Virus record (IMG/VR): IMGVR_UViG_3300037843_000385
DNA from: a virus
Strand: one strand, 5' to 3'
Length of the DNA: 30,659 bases
In this document: positions 1 to 7,299 of the stretch, one piece after another
Layout: every line of letters begins with the position of its first letter
Position numbering within the stretch: the stretch's first letter is position 1
Position numbers and translations under genes: made by a program
Notes under the pieces: model-generated
The model's input: only the letters and a program-made list of their open reading frames with translations
Databases searched by the model: none
Told to the model about the DNA's origin: nothing

Positions 1-7
1 CGACCAC

Positions 8-772
8 ATGCGCAGCCGCCTGAAGGGCGCGGTGAAGAAGCTCGGCGTGAAGGAGTTCATCGAGAACTCCACCGCCATCGTCCGCGACACCATCCTCGGT
101 GCCAAAGTCGGGGGCGAGGTACGCCACTTCACATTCGCTGAGAACGGCATGGACGTCTACGACGTCGAAGTGCTGGGCGCGACCATCAGCGATGACAAGA
201 TCGCCGGGCTGCTCCGCAACGCGCAGCAGACCGCCGTCACCACCGCGATCAACCTGTCGGTCGAGGAAGCCTCCCTCGAAGCCAAGAAGCGCAGCATTGA
301 GATTCAGTCTCAAGTCGCCAAGCTTGACCACACCCTTGCGACAAAGAAACTGGAACTCGCTTCCACGCTGGAGAAGGCCGAAGCCGAACAGACCATGGCA
401 CGCTTGCAGGAAGAGATCGCGCAGACGGTCGCGAAGATGACCGCCCGCGTGGACGAGCAAGCGCAACTCGACACCATCGCCGCCGCGACGCTCACGCGCC
501 GCCAGGGTGAGGAGAACTACACGATCTCGCTGGAACAGCAGCGTGTGGACTTCTTCGCGAAGCGCATGGAAGCCGTCACCCCGGACCTCATCGCCGCGAT
601 GAACACCCTCGGCAACAACGAGTTCGCGACGAAGCTGGCCACCGCAATCGCCCCGCTTGCCCTGCACGAACAGAGCGGCATCGGAACCACCCTGGAGAAG
701 GTTTTCGCCAACACCCCGTTCGCGACGATCCTTACCAACCTGCAATCCAAGCCCGCGAAGGCCGGTCAATAA
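8..772 (+). CDS. Hypothetical protein, possibly 5'-truncated at the window edge. The Ala/Glu/Lys-rich coiled-coil C-terminal half resembles SPFH/band-7-like proteins (tentative).
   Basis: 254-aa ORF with no in-frame stop upstream, so it may continue 5' of the window. A stem-loop plus T-tract terminator follows it. Confidence 0.55.
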   Translation: MRSRLKGAVKKLGVKEFIENSTAIVRDTILGAKVGGEVRHFTFAENGMDVYDVEVLGATISDDKIAGLLRNAQQTAVTTAINLSVEEASLEAKKRSIEIQSQVAKLDHTLATKKLELASTLEKAEAEQTMARLQEEIAQTVAKMTARVDEQAQLDTIAAATLTRRQGEENYTISLEQQRVDFFAKRMEAVTPDLIAAMNTLGNNEFATKLATAIAPLALHEQSGIGTTLEKVFANTPFATILTNLQSKPAKAGQ

Positions 773-794
773 GCCTTCGGCAGTAAAAACCAGA

Positions 795-824
795 GGGGGA
801 GCCACCCGGCTCCCCCTTTCTTTT
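795..824 (+). terminator. Rho-independent terminator
   Basis: GGGGGAGCC-ACCC-GGCTCCCCC hairpin followed by TTTCTTTT. Confidence 0.7.
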
Positions 825-836
825 AGGGGATGTTAT

Positions 837-1007
837 ATGAATGTCAACTGTCGCGGATGCGGCAAGGAAATTCCAGAAGATAAAGCATTGTATCGCGGTT
901 CACCCGCTAAGAACCACGACGAGTTGGCCGGGCGCGATTGGAAGGACTTCGCAAAGTGCGAAGACTGTGACTACCAAGATTATAGCAACACCTATGGCGG
1001 GATGTGA
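837..1007 (+). CDS. Small zinc-ribbon protein (CxxC...CxxC), 56 aa
   Basis: ATG at 837 sits after an AGGGGA Shine-Dalgarno sequence and is in frame with track ORF 657..1007. The protein has CRGCG...CEDCD motifs. Confidence 0.55.
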   Translation: MNVNCRGCGKEIPEDKALYRGSPAKNHDELAGRDWKDFAKCEDCDYQDYSNTYGGM

Positions 1008-1228
1008 TCTGGCTGGCCTACGTCGGTTTCGTGCTCGTCTTCCTGTCCTACGCGAGGATTCCCAAGAGTCCCCGCTCCGGGTGGGCATACGGGGCGTTGG
1101 GGAACGTCCTTTACACTATTGCATTCCTGCCCTACCGTAGGGTAGAGTTGCTTTTAGCGCCCGTCGCATTCGCGGCGCTGTCCGCGTGGAACCTATGGCG
1201 AGAACTAAGGAAGACATCCTCGAACTGA
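1004..1228 (+). CDS. Small 2-TM membrane protein (74 aa)
   Basis: Two hydrophobic segments with basic loops. The start overlaps the upstream stop (ATGA). It overlaps the next gene by about 35-43 nt, which lowers confidence. Confidence 0.4.
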   Translation: MIWLAYVGFVLVFLSYARIPKSPRSGWAYGALGNVLYTIAFLPYRRVELLLAPVAFAALSAWNLWRELRKTSSN

Positions 1229-2037
1229 TCCGGCACACGCCGTTCATGTGGCCCGACTCCGTCATCCACGTATTTATATCCGGCTCCGCGATGCACGGCG
1301 CGACCGGAAGCCAGCCGACCGACACCGACATCTCCGGGGTGTACATTCAGCCCGTGGAGACGGTGCTGGGCATCCCGCAGAAGAATGAGGATGGCAAATG
1401 GTTCGATCCGGACACCCAGGTGTGGAGCAGCGCTGGCGACCACAGCAAGAACACCGCCGACGACATCGACGTGAACCTGTACTCGCTCCGCAAGTGGGCG
1501 GGCATGGCGGCGAGTGGGAACACCACCGCCTTGGAGTTTCTGTTTGTGAAGAACATGGTCTGTGAGACTCCTTTGGAATATACCGTTTGGGATAAGTACA
1601 TCCTGCCGAACACGCAGCACTTTATCTCCAAGCGTGCGGGCTTCCACTTCGCCGCCTTCGCGGAGGCGATGAAGCTGCGGCTGAGCGGCGGGAGCACGGG
1701 GAGGCACGGGCAAAGACCGGAGCTTGAGACCGAGTTCGGGTACGACGTCAAGGGGGCCATGCACATGCTGCGCATGCTGGGCGAGGGCATCGAGCTTATG
1801 ACCACCGGCGCGATCACCCTGCCTTGCCCGGAAGCGGCGTTCCTGAAGGCCGTTCGGAACGGCGAGCTTTCATGGGCGCAGGTCGATGGGATCGCCGACG
1901 CGAGGTTCAGCATCCTTGGCGAGTGCCGCGAGAAGTCTTTCCTGCCTGACGAGATCGACCGGGCGGCGATCAGCAGGATCATCACCGACGCGCAGATCGA
2001 ATTCTGGGGCTTGGTAGGCAGCAGGAGGGCGATATGA
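1186..2037 (+). CDS. Pol-beta-superfamily nucleotidyltransferase (GS-x9-13-DxD motif)
   Basis: ISGSAMHGATGSQPTDTDISGV is a classic GS...DxD nucleotidyltransferase motif. The ORF is 283 aa with a GTG start at 1186 and an alternative ATG at 1195. Confidence 0.7.
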   Translation: MEPMARTKEDILELIRHTPFMWPDSVIHVFISGSAMHGATGSQPTDTDISGVYIQPVETVLGIPQKNEDGKWFDPDTQVWSSAGDHSKNTADDIDVNLYSLRKWAGMAASGNTTALEFLFVKNMVCETPLEYTVWDKYILPNTQHFISKRAGFHFAAFAEAMKLRLSGGSTGRHGQRPELETEFGYDVKGAMHMLRMLGEGIELMTTGAITLPCPEAAFLKAVRNGELSWAQVDGIADARFSILGECREKSFLPDEIDRAAISRIITDAQIEFWGLVGSRRAI

Positions 2038-2222
2038 AAGCACAACACATCAGCGGGGACATTTGGGAGTACAAGGGCTACAAAATCAGGCTTTCTTACT
2101 CGCCGGGGTACGAATCGACTGTTTCCGTAGAGGTTGCGGGCGTCCCTCTGGAAGATGGCCTCAGAGATACTTTCTATGCCGTCAAAGCGGCAGAAGAGTA
2201 CATAGACTCCAGGACTGAATGA
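2034..2222 (+). CDS. Hypothetical small protein (62 aa)
   Basis: ATGA overlap with the upstream gene and TGAATG coupling to the downstream gene. Confidence 0.5.
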   Translation: MKAQHISGDIWEYKGYKIRLSYSPGYESTVSVEVAGVPLEDGLRDTFYAVKAAEEYIDSRTE

Positions 2223-2497
2223 GCAACCCGTGTGAGCTATGCGGGCGGACAGCCCTTCCGCTGACGAAGCATCATTTGATCCCCAAGGCACGGCACAACA
2301 AGCGGGTGAGGCGCGACCTCGGCGCGGACAGGAATAAGGTCGCCATGATGTGTCGGCCTTGCCAAAACGCGATCCACGCCTTCTTCACGGAGAAGCAGCT
2401 TGAGCGCGAGTATTACACCATCGACCTCTTGAAGAAAAACGAGCAGGTGATACACTGGATAGAGTGGGTGAAAAAGAGACCCACGTGGGGGCTGTGA
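2219..2497 (+). CDS. Small HNH endonuclease (92 aa)
   Basis: CELCG...LTKHHLIPKA...CRPCQNAIH is an HNH/zinc-finger motif. Confidence 0.75.
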   Translation: MSNPCELCGRTALPLTKHHLIPKARHNKRVRRDLGADRNKVAMMCRPCQNAIHAFFTEKQLEREYYTIDLLKKNEQVIHWIEWVKKRPTWGL

Positions 2498-2661
2498 TGG
2501 CAGACCGGGCTTTGTTCATCGTCTGTTTGGCGGCGCTGGTTGTTGGGGGCGGCTGGTGGCTTACCAAGCTCGACTTCCCGGACGACATCGAGTGCCGCAG
2601 GATGTCCCGCGAGCACGGGGTGTGCAGGGATTGCAGGTGCCCGTGCCACGGGCGGGCATGA
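2497..2661 (+). CDS. Small membrane protein with a Cys-rich tail (54 aa)
   Basis: ATG at 2497 overlaps the upstream TGA. The protein has a hydrophobic N-terminus and a CRDCRCPCHG C-terminus. Confidence 0.45.
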   Translation: MADRALFIVCLAALVVGGGWWLTKLDFPDDIECRRMSREHGVCRDCRCPCHGRA

Positions 2662-2849
2662 TGACTTACTACACCCACCGGCGCGGGCTTCAGTTCTTTC
2701 TGGAGGTCACGGGCATCGCCTTCGAGGGGCACTACCCCTTCAAGATCAGCAACGTGGGCGAACTAGCAATCGAGAGCATGGCATCGGCGGGCGGAGAAAG
2801 CTGGGTCTGGGACAAGCCGAGAGAGATTCCGAGGAGCATGGTCAATTGA
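2658..2849 (+). CDS. Hypothetical protein (63 aa)
   Basis: ATGA overlap. In frame with track ORF 2556..2849. Confidence 0.45.
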   Translation: MMTYYTHRRGLQFFLEVTGIAFEGHYPFKISNVGELAIESMASAGGESWVWDKPREIPRSMVN

Positions 2850-2986
2850 AAACCAAAGCGGAAAAGGTCTACGCTCTCTTCGAGAAGCACACGGGTTTCT
2901 GCGAGTTCTACCGCAAGGGTCATGGGGCATGCACCTGCGGGGCGTGCAAACCGTGCAGTGACAAGAACTGCGGGGAGCACCGATGA
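2846..2986 (+). CDS. Small Cys-rich protein (46 aa), TTG start
   Basis: TTGA overlap with the upstream stop. The protein contains CTCGACKPCSDKNCGEH. It has no ATG start, so it is speculative. Confidence 0.3.
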   Translation: MKTKAEKVYALFEKHTGFCEFYRKGHGACTCGACKPCSDKNCGEHR

Positions 2987-3210
2987 GCGACTGGAAGATC
3001 GGAGACCGCGTCCGCGTCGCCGAGGACTACACCTCGCCGTATCCCGAGACCGTCTGCCTGGACGGCACCATCACGGGCATCGAGACGCTGGAATTTGAGG
3101 GCGACCAACATTCGGATTCCGCGTTTGCACGGAGCATCGACATACCCGTGATCACGCTAGACGACGGAACGGTGCTGAGGGGTTACGAGTGTTGGTGGAG
3201 GCTACTGTGA
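2983..3210 (+). CDS. Hypothetical protein (75 aa)
   Basis: ATGA overlap. Complete ORF. Confidence 0.55.
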   Translation: MSDWKIGDRVRVAEDYTSPYPETVCLDGTITGIETLEFEGDQHSDSAFARSIDIPVITLDDGTVLRGYECWWRLL

Positions 3211-3309
3211 CGTTGGCTTCGATAGTGGTGGCGTGCTGCTGTGGCTGGATCGCTCGGGGATTCTTCGAGCGGTGGATAGACAAGCGTTAAGGAAAAGGGG
3301 ACTAAAATC

Positions 3310-4509
3310 ATGTCACATTTTGCGGTTTTGGTGGTGGGCGACGACGTCGAAGGTCAATTGCAACGTTATCACGAATTTGAATGTACTGGGCAGGACGACC
3401 AGTACGTCAAGGAGATCGACGAGACCGAGGAGGCCCGCAAAACATTCGAGAAGAACACCACCAGGCGGTACAGAGACCCCGAGGGCAACCTCCATTCGCC
3501 CTACACCCCGGAGGGCAGCCACAGCCCGCTGTTCTGGCGCGAGCTTACGCCCGAGGAAGAGACAAAATATGGCAAGCGCATCAGCAGCAGCGAGGGGGAC
3601 GATGGGCTGCGGCTGGAATCCACCGACTGGCACGACGGCAGGGGCTACCGCACGAAGGCGTTCGCCTGGCCCTCCGATGGCTGGTCTGAGGTCGAGGTTC
3701 CGACGAGTACCGTCCAGACGTTCGCCGAGTTCTGCGCGGACTACTACGGTCACGAGGCCATCCCGTTCGGGACGGAACCCGACCTCGCGGAGAAGCACAA
3801 GTACGGCTACACCATCGTTGACGAGCAAGACAACGTTATCAGGACAATCAATCGCACCAACCCGGACCGCAAGTGGGACGGGTACACCGTGGGCGGGCGC
3901 TGGAACGGCTTCTTCAAGCTGAAGCCGCTCGCCGTGGGCGTCCTCGGCGAACCCGGCCTACAGGTCATGAACAGCAACTACGAGCCGGTCGCCGAAAACC
4001 GCGCCGACGTCATCATGAAGGGCGATATCGACGTCGAGGGCATGCGCGACGAGGCCGGGGAGAAAGCTGCCGAGCGCTACGACATATTCGAGCGAGTCAC
4101 CGCTGGCCTGCCGCAGGCGCTCTCCTGGAAGCAGGTGCAGGAGAACAACCGCACGGGGAAGATGGACGAGGAGTACCCCGGCGAGCCGGAGGTGGACTGG
4201 AAGACGGCGAGGGAGGATTACAACTCCCAGCCCATGGTGAAGGCCCTCCGCGCTGACAAGGAGACGATCTGGTACGAGCTTGACGAGTTCCTCTACACCC
4301 GCGAGGAGTACATCCAGCAGCACCGCGACCGCGCCCTGGTGCTCTTCGCCGTCGTGAAGGACGGTGTGTGGTACGAGCGCGGCAGGATGGGCTGGTGGGG
4401 CATGGTCTCCGACGAGAAGGACCGCGACGAGTGGAACAGGCAATTCTCGGCGCTGATCGACGGCCTGCCGGACAACACATTGCTGAGCGTCGTGGATTGT
4501 CACATATGA
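3310..4509 (+). CDS. Large acidic hypothetical protein (399 aa)
   Basis: Shine-Dalgarno AAAGGGGA precedes the ATG. The ORF is long with consistent codon usage. I recognise no domain. Confidence 0.75.
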   Translation: MSHFAVLVVGDDVEGQLQRYHEFECTGQDDQYVKEIDETEEARKTFEKNTTRRYRDPEGNLHSPYTPEGSHSPLFWRELTPEEETKYGKRISSSEGDDGLRLESTDWHDGRGYRTKAFAWPSDGWSEVEVPTSTVQTFAEFCADYYGHEAIPFGTEPDLAEKHKYGYTIVDEQDNVIRTINRTNPDRKWDGYTVGGRWNGFFKLKPLAVGVLGEPGLQVMNSNYEPVAENRADVIMKGDIDVEGMRDEAGEKAAERYDIFERVTAGLPQALSWKQVQENNRTGKMDEEYPGEPEVDWKTAREDYNSQPMVKALRADKETIWYELDEFLYTREEYIQQHRDRALVLFAVVKDGVWYERGRMGWWGMVSDEKDRDEWNRQFSALIDGLPDNTLLSVVDCHI

Positions 4510-4877
4510 AGATTTGCCAAGAGCATTGGAACCGGCTCAGGACAGCAATCGAGGAGCGCGGCCTCTCGCACTTCGTCGCGAAGGACGGCAAAGTCGCCGC
4601 CAACAATATGGTCGCCGAACTTCAAGGCGCGAACACCAAGGAGAACTACGACCCCCTAATGGCCGCCAACTTCGCGATCTGGGGCAACGCCCTAGAGTGC
4701 TGGGGCATCGAGATGATGACGTCGGATGCGTGTCCGCTGTGCGCCCTGGACAAGCACGCGGCGGAATGCACCGAGGAAAGCTGCAACAAGCAGAGCGGGT
4801 CGGACTGGATCAGGTTCGCGGCCGACGGCCAGTTTAAGGTGGCGCAGGAGTTGGGGCTTCTGGGGGAGCCGAATTGA
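4506..4877 (+). CDS. Hypothetical Cys-containing protein (123 aa)
   Basis: ATATGA stop-start overlap with the upstream gene. Confidence 0.6.
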   Translation: MKICQEHWNRLRTAIEERGLSHFVAKDGKVAANNMVAELQGANTKENYDPLMAANFAIWGNALECWGIEMMTSDACPLCALDKHAAECTEESCNKQSGSDWIRFAADGQFKVAQELGLLGEPN

Positions 4878-4967
4878 TTCGGCTAAGAAAGATTTGGCGC
4901 TGGATTTCCCAGAAGCTTTGGGGAATAAGATGCCGCAAGCCCAGCGGAACCATCTCGATGATCCGAG

Positions 4968-5183
4968 ATGTCCACGACGGCATCCATCCGAGGTTTCGAT
5001 GAAATGGTGAAAAACGTGGATGCCACAGCGGTTTGCGGGATCGAGGGCGATAAGGTCGTCCTCCGCCTCGAATCGGAGACCCCGTCCGCCGACAACGCCC
5101 GCCTCAACTTCACGGCGGAATCGGCCGAGAGGCTGGCCGGCGACTTGCTCATGTGGGCGGACAGGCTGAGGAAAATCCGGTGA
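4968..5183 (+). CDS. Hypothetical protein (71 aa)
   Basis: Complete ORF following a 90-nt gap. Confidence 0.5.
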   Translation: MSTTASIRGFDEMVKNVDATAVCGIEGDKVVLRLESETPSADNARLNFTAESAERLAGDLLMWADRLRKIR

Positions 5184-5335
5184 CGGCTGAGGAGAGGAAG
5201 CAGGTCCGCGACGAGACCATCGACGAGCTTTGCGGCTGGCTGGCGTCCTGCATCGAGCACGTGGATCACGGCAGCGAGGTCTACAAGGCGTGCAACGCCA
5301 TGGTCGCCGCGATGAGAGGAAAAAAGACAGTATGA
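5180..5335 (+). CDS. Hypothetical protein (51 aa), GTG start
   Basis: GTGA overlap with the upstream stop. In frame with track ORF 5153..5335. Confidence 0.4.
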   Translation: MTAEERKQVRDETIDELCGWLASCIEHVDHGSEVYKACNAMVAAMRGKKTV

Positions 5336-5445
5336 CACTCCTACTGACATTGCTTTTTGGCTTGGGCTTTTACATTCTTCTTGACTGGTTTGCCGGATGC
5401 AACGCGATCCCCAATTTCCTAAAGAGACTTTGGAAAAAGTCCTAA
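5332..5445 (+). CDS. Small hydrophobic membrane peptide (37 aa)
   Basis: ATGA overlap. Begins MTLLLTLLFGLGFYILL. Confidence 0.35.
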   Translation: MTLLLTLLFGLGFYILLDWFAGCNAIPNFLKRLWKKS

Positions 5446-5454
5446 GGAGAAGGC

Positions 5455-5655
5455 ATGGCAGAAAAGGAAAAGGTGTACCGGGAGCACATAGTGTCCGACC
5501 AGGGGAACGGCGTGGCGGTCTGCTCCAAGTGCGGGGCCGATCTGTCGCCCACGGGTCCGCTCGGCCGGGGTCCCGCGCCCTACCCGTGCCCCGGCTGCGG
5601 GGCGGAGTACGAGGAGGGCGGGATGTGGGTGCAGGGCGGGGGTTCCGACTTCTAG
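5455..5655 (+). CDS. Zinc-ribbon protein (66 aa)
   Basis: Strong Shine-Dalgarno TAAGGAGAAGGC precedes the ATG. Motifs are CSKCG...CPGCG. Confidence 0.65.
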   Translation: MAEKEKVYREHIVSDQGNGVAVCSKCGADLSPTGPLGRGPAPYPCPGCGAEYEEGGMWVQGGGSDF

Positions 5656-5656
5656 C

Positions 5657-5896
5657 ATGAGAAAATTCCTGTGCGCCATCGGGTTCCACGATCCTCAGAT
5701 CGTCCGCAAGGTCTTTTGGGGAAACGTGCATCACGCCGAACTGAGATGCGCCTGTGGTAAGCGATTCGAGGGTTTCGTGGCTGGCTCCTTCGGGCGCGTG
5801 TACCCGGCAAAGACGCCGTCGGACTTCTGGGTCGCATACGACGCGGGGGCGTTGCTCGCGATCCCTCCATGCTGCGTCTCAAATTCCCAAAAATAG
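5657..5896 (+). CDS. Hypothetical Cys-containing protein (79 aa)
   Basis: Starts 2 nt after the upstream stop. Confidence 0.5.
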   Translation: MRKFLCAIGFHDPQIVRKVFWGNVHHAELRCACGKRFEGFVAGSFGRVYPAKTPSDFWVAYDAGALLAIPPCCVSNSQK

Positions 5897-5898
5897 TT

Positions 5899-5927
5899 CT
5901 TGACAGTTTTCCAGTTTTTCGGTATCT
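5899..5927 (+). promoter_or_regulatory. Sigma70-like promoter, TTGACA-N17-TATCTT
   Basis: Consensus -35 hexamer with 17-nt spacing. Directly upstream of a short terminated unit and the tRNA island. Confidence 0.55.
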
Positions 5928-5942
5928 TATGTAGGTGAGAAC

Positions 5943-6083
5943 AATGACCTCAAGGAAACCCAACACGATTGCCCGAAAGGGCGCGAGCCAGTGGCGGAAT
6001 CGCCATTCCGGCGCGGGTCTGTTCTCCGATGGGTGGGACGGCTAGGCAAGAGTCCCAAATCGAGTTCCAGACCCGCCAGATGA
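5943..6083 (+). CDS. Possible very basic 46-aa peptide (MTSRKPNTIARKGASQWRNPPFRRG...), or a small RNA
   Basis: An ORF lies between the promoter and terminator, with a weak GGTGAG Shine-Dalgarno and an Arg/Lys-rich product. Its stop lies inside the terminator stem. Confidence 0.25.
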   Translation, partial: NDLKETQHDCPKGREPVAESPFRRGSVLRWVGRLGKSPKSSSRPAR

Positions 6084-6102
6084 GAATCTCGGCGGGTTTT
6101 TT
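6072..6102 (+). terminator. Rho-independent terminator
   Basis: CCCGCC-N13-GGCGGG hairpin followed by TTTTTT. Confidence 0.65.
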
Positions 6103-6108
6103 GCTTTT

Positions 6109-6184
6109 AGGGGAGTAAGATAACCGGCAGTCGGTCGGTCTCCAAAACCGTACAGTGGCGGTTCAAATCCGTCCTCCCCTGCCA
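6109..6184 (+). tRNA. tRNA-Trp (anticodon CCA), CCA encoded
   Basis: Acceptor AGGGGAG/CTCCCCT, T-arm GGCGG-TTCAAAT-CCGTC, anticodon loop CTCCAAA. 76 nt. Confidence 0.6.
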
Positions 6185-6218
6185 AAGTTTTTGAAAGGAA
6201 AGTAGTTACAAGTTCTAT

Positions 6219-6295
6219 GGTGGCGGTCGTCTAGCGGCTAAGACACCTGACTGTGGATCAGGATAGCATGGGTCCGAATCCCATTCGCCACCCCA
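6219..6295 (+). tRNA. tRNA-His (GTG) with G-1, CCA encoded
   Basis: GGTGGCGG...CGCCACCCCA ends match E. coli tRNA-His. Anticodon loop is CTGTGGA. Confidence 0.75.
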
Positions 6296-6314
6296 ATTTT
6301 GAGGAGAGACGTTG

Positions 6315-6390
6315 GTCCGTGTAGCTCAGAAGGAAGAGCACCACGCTCCGAACGTGGAGGTCGCGAGTCCGAGTCTCGCCATGGACACCA
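6315..6390 (+). tRNA. tRNA-Arg (CCG), CCA encoded
   Basis: Acceptor GTCCGTG/CATGGAC, anticodon stem CCACG/CGTGG with loop CTCCGAA, T-loop TCCGAGT. Confidence 0.7.
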
Positions 6391-6394
6391 GTTT

Positions 6395-6601
6395 ATGATG
6401 ACGTTCACGATCAGCGACGAGAAGGCGGCGCAGTACAAGGCGTGGAGCGAAGAGCACCGGAAGACGTGCGGGGCGCGACCGGATATGAGCATGGCCCTGT
6501 ACAGCTTCGTGTTCACGCCGAACGGTCTTGGGGACGGCATATCGGTCAAATGCCCCTGCGGCGAGAGGGTATTCCTCGACGCCGGGGACGAGGATTTATA
6601 G
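6395..6601 (+). CDS. Small protein (68 aa) embedded between tRNAs, CPCG motif
   Basis: The track ORF 6299..6601 starts inside a tRNA. The first ATG after the tRNA, at 6395, gives MMTFTISDEKAAQYKAW... Confidence 0.5.
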   Translation: MMTFTISDEKAAQYKAWSEEHRKTCGARPDMSMALYSFVFTPNGLGDGISVKCPCGERVFLDAGDEDL

Positions 6602-6679
6602 GCGCGTGTAGCTCAGCCGGAATAGAGCGCTATTCTGCGAAGATAGAGGTCGGCGGTCCGAGTCCGCCCATGCGCACCA
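6602..6679 (+). tRNA. tRNA-Arg (GCG), CCA encoded
   Basis: Acceptor GCGCGTG/CATGCGC, anticodon stem CTATT/GATAG with loop CTGCGAA. 78 nt with a 10-nt D-loop. Confidence 0.6.
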
Positions 6680-6687
6680 AGTTTTTT

Positions 6688-6765
6688 GCCGGGCTAGCCA
6701 TTGGACATGGCGGCACGCCTTCGAAACGTGCACGTTTGCGGGTTCGAATCCCGCGCCCGGTTCCA
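6688..6765 (+). tRNA. tRNA of uncertain identity. The perfect anticodon stem GCACG/CGTGC encloses a 9-nt loop, CCTTCGAAA. An alternative 7-nt loop CTTCGAA gives Arg (TCG).
   Basis: Acceptor GCCGGGC/GCCCGGT, T-arm GCGGG-TTCGAAT-CCCGC, CCA encoded. 78 nt. Confidence 0.5.
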
Positions 6766-6775
6766 GGTTTTTTTT

Positions 6776-6853
6776 GCGCCCGTAGCTCAGCGGAATAAGA
6801 GCATTGGTCTACGAAACCAAGGGTCGCGTGTTCGAATCACGCCGGGCGCACCA
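6776..6853 (+). tRNA. tRNA-Arg (ACG), CCA encoded
   Basis: Acceptor GCGCCCG/CGGGCGC, anticodon stem TTGGT/ACCAA with loop CTACGAA. Confidence 0.75.
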
Positions 6854-6857
6854 ACAT

Positions 6858-6944
6858 TGAGGTGTAGGGGAATCGGTAGACCCACCTGGCTGTTACCCAG
6901 GAGCCGAAAGGCACTTGCAGGTTCGAAGCCTGCCGCCTCAGCCA
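6858..6944 (+). tRNA. Type-II tRNA (long variable arm, discriminator G73) with anticodon GTT (Asn codons). Atypical Ser-like/Asn chimera.
   Basis: Acceptor TGAGGTG/CGCCTCA, 3-bp D-stem, anticodon stem CCTGG/CCAGG with loop CTGTTAC, variable arm AGCCGAAAGGCACTT, T-arm GCAGG-TTCGAAG-CCTGC, then G and CCA. 87 nt. Confidence 0.55.
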
Positions 6945-6962
6945 GTTTAGAGGGAGGATTCA

Positions 6963-7294
<332 letters not shown>

Positions 7295-7299
7295 AGTTT

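Noticed and set aside
3207-3290. 27-aa hydrophobic peptide ORF (GTG start, GTGA overlap) in the 3211-3309 gap.
   Set aside because: It has no ATG start, uses two rare ATA codons, and is very short. It may be real, but the evidence is insufficient.
3233-3922. 229-aa + strand ORF rich in R/T/S/P overlapping the 3310-4509 gene in another frame.
   Set aside because: It is an alternative frame of a GC-rich gene with a low-complexity product. The 3310 ORF has the Shine-Dalgarno sequence and a sensible composition.
6299-6394. 5' extension of track ORF 6299-6601 through tRNA-Arg(CCG).
   Set aside because: The extension runs through a canonical tRNA (6315-6390). I trimmed the CDS to the first ATG after the tRNA (6395).
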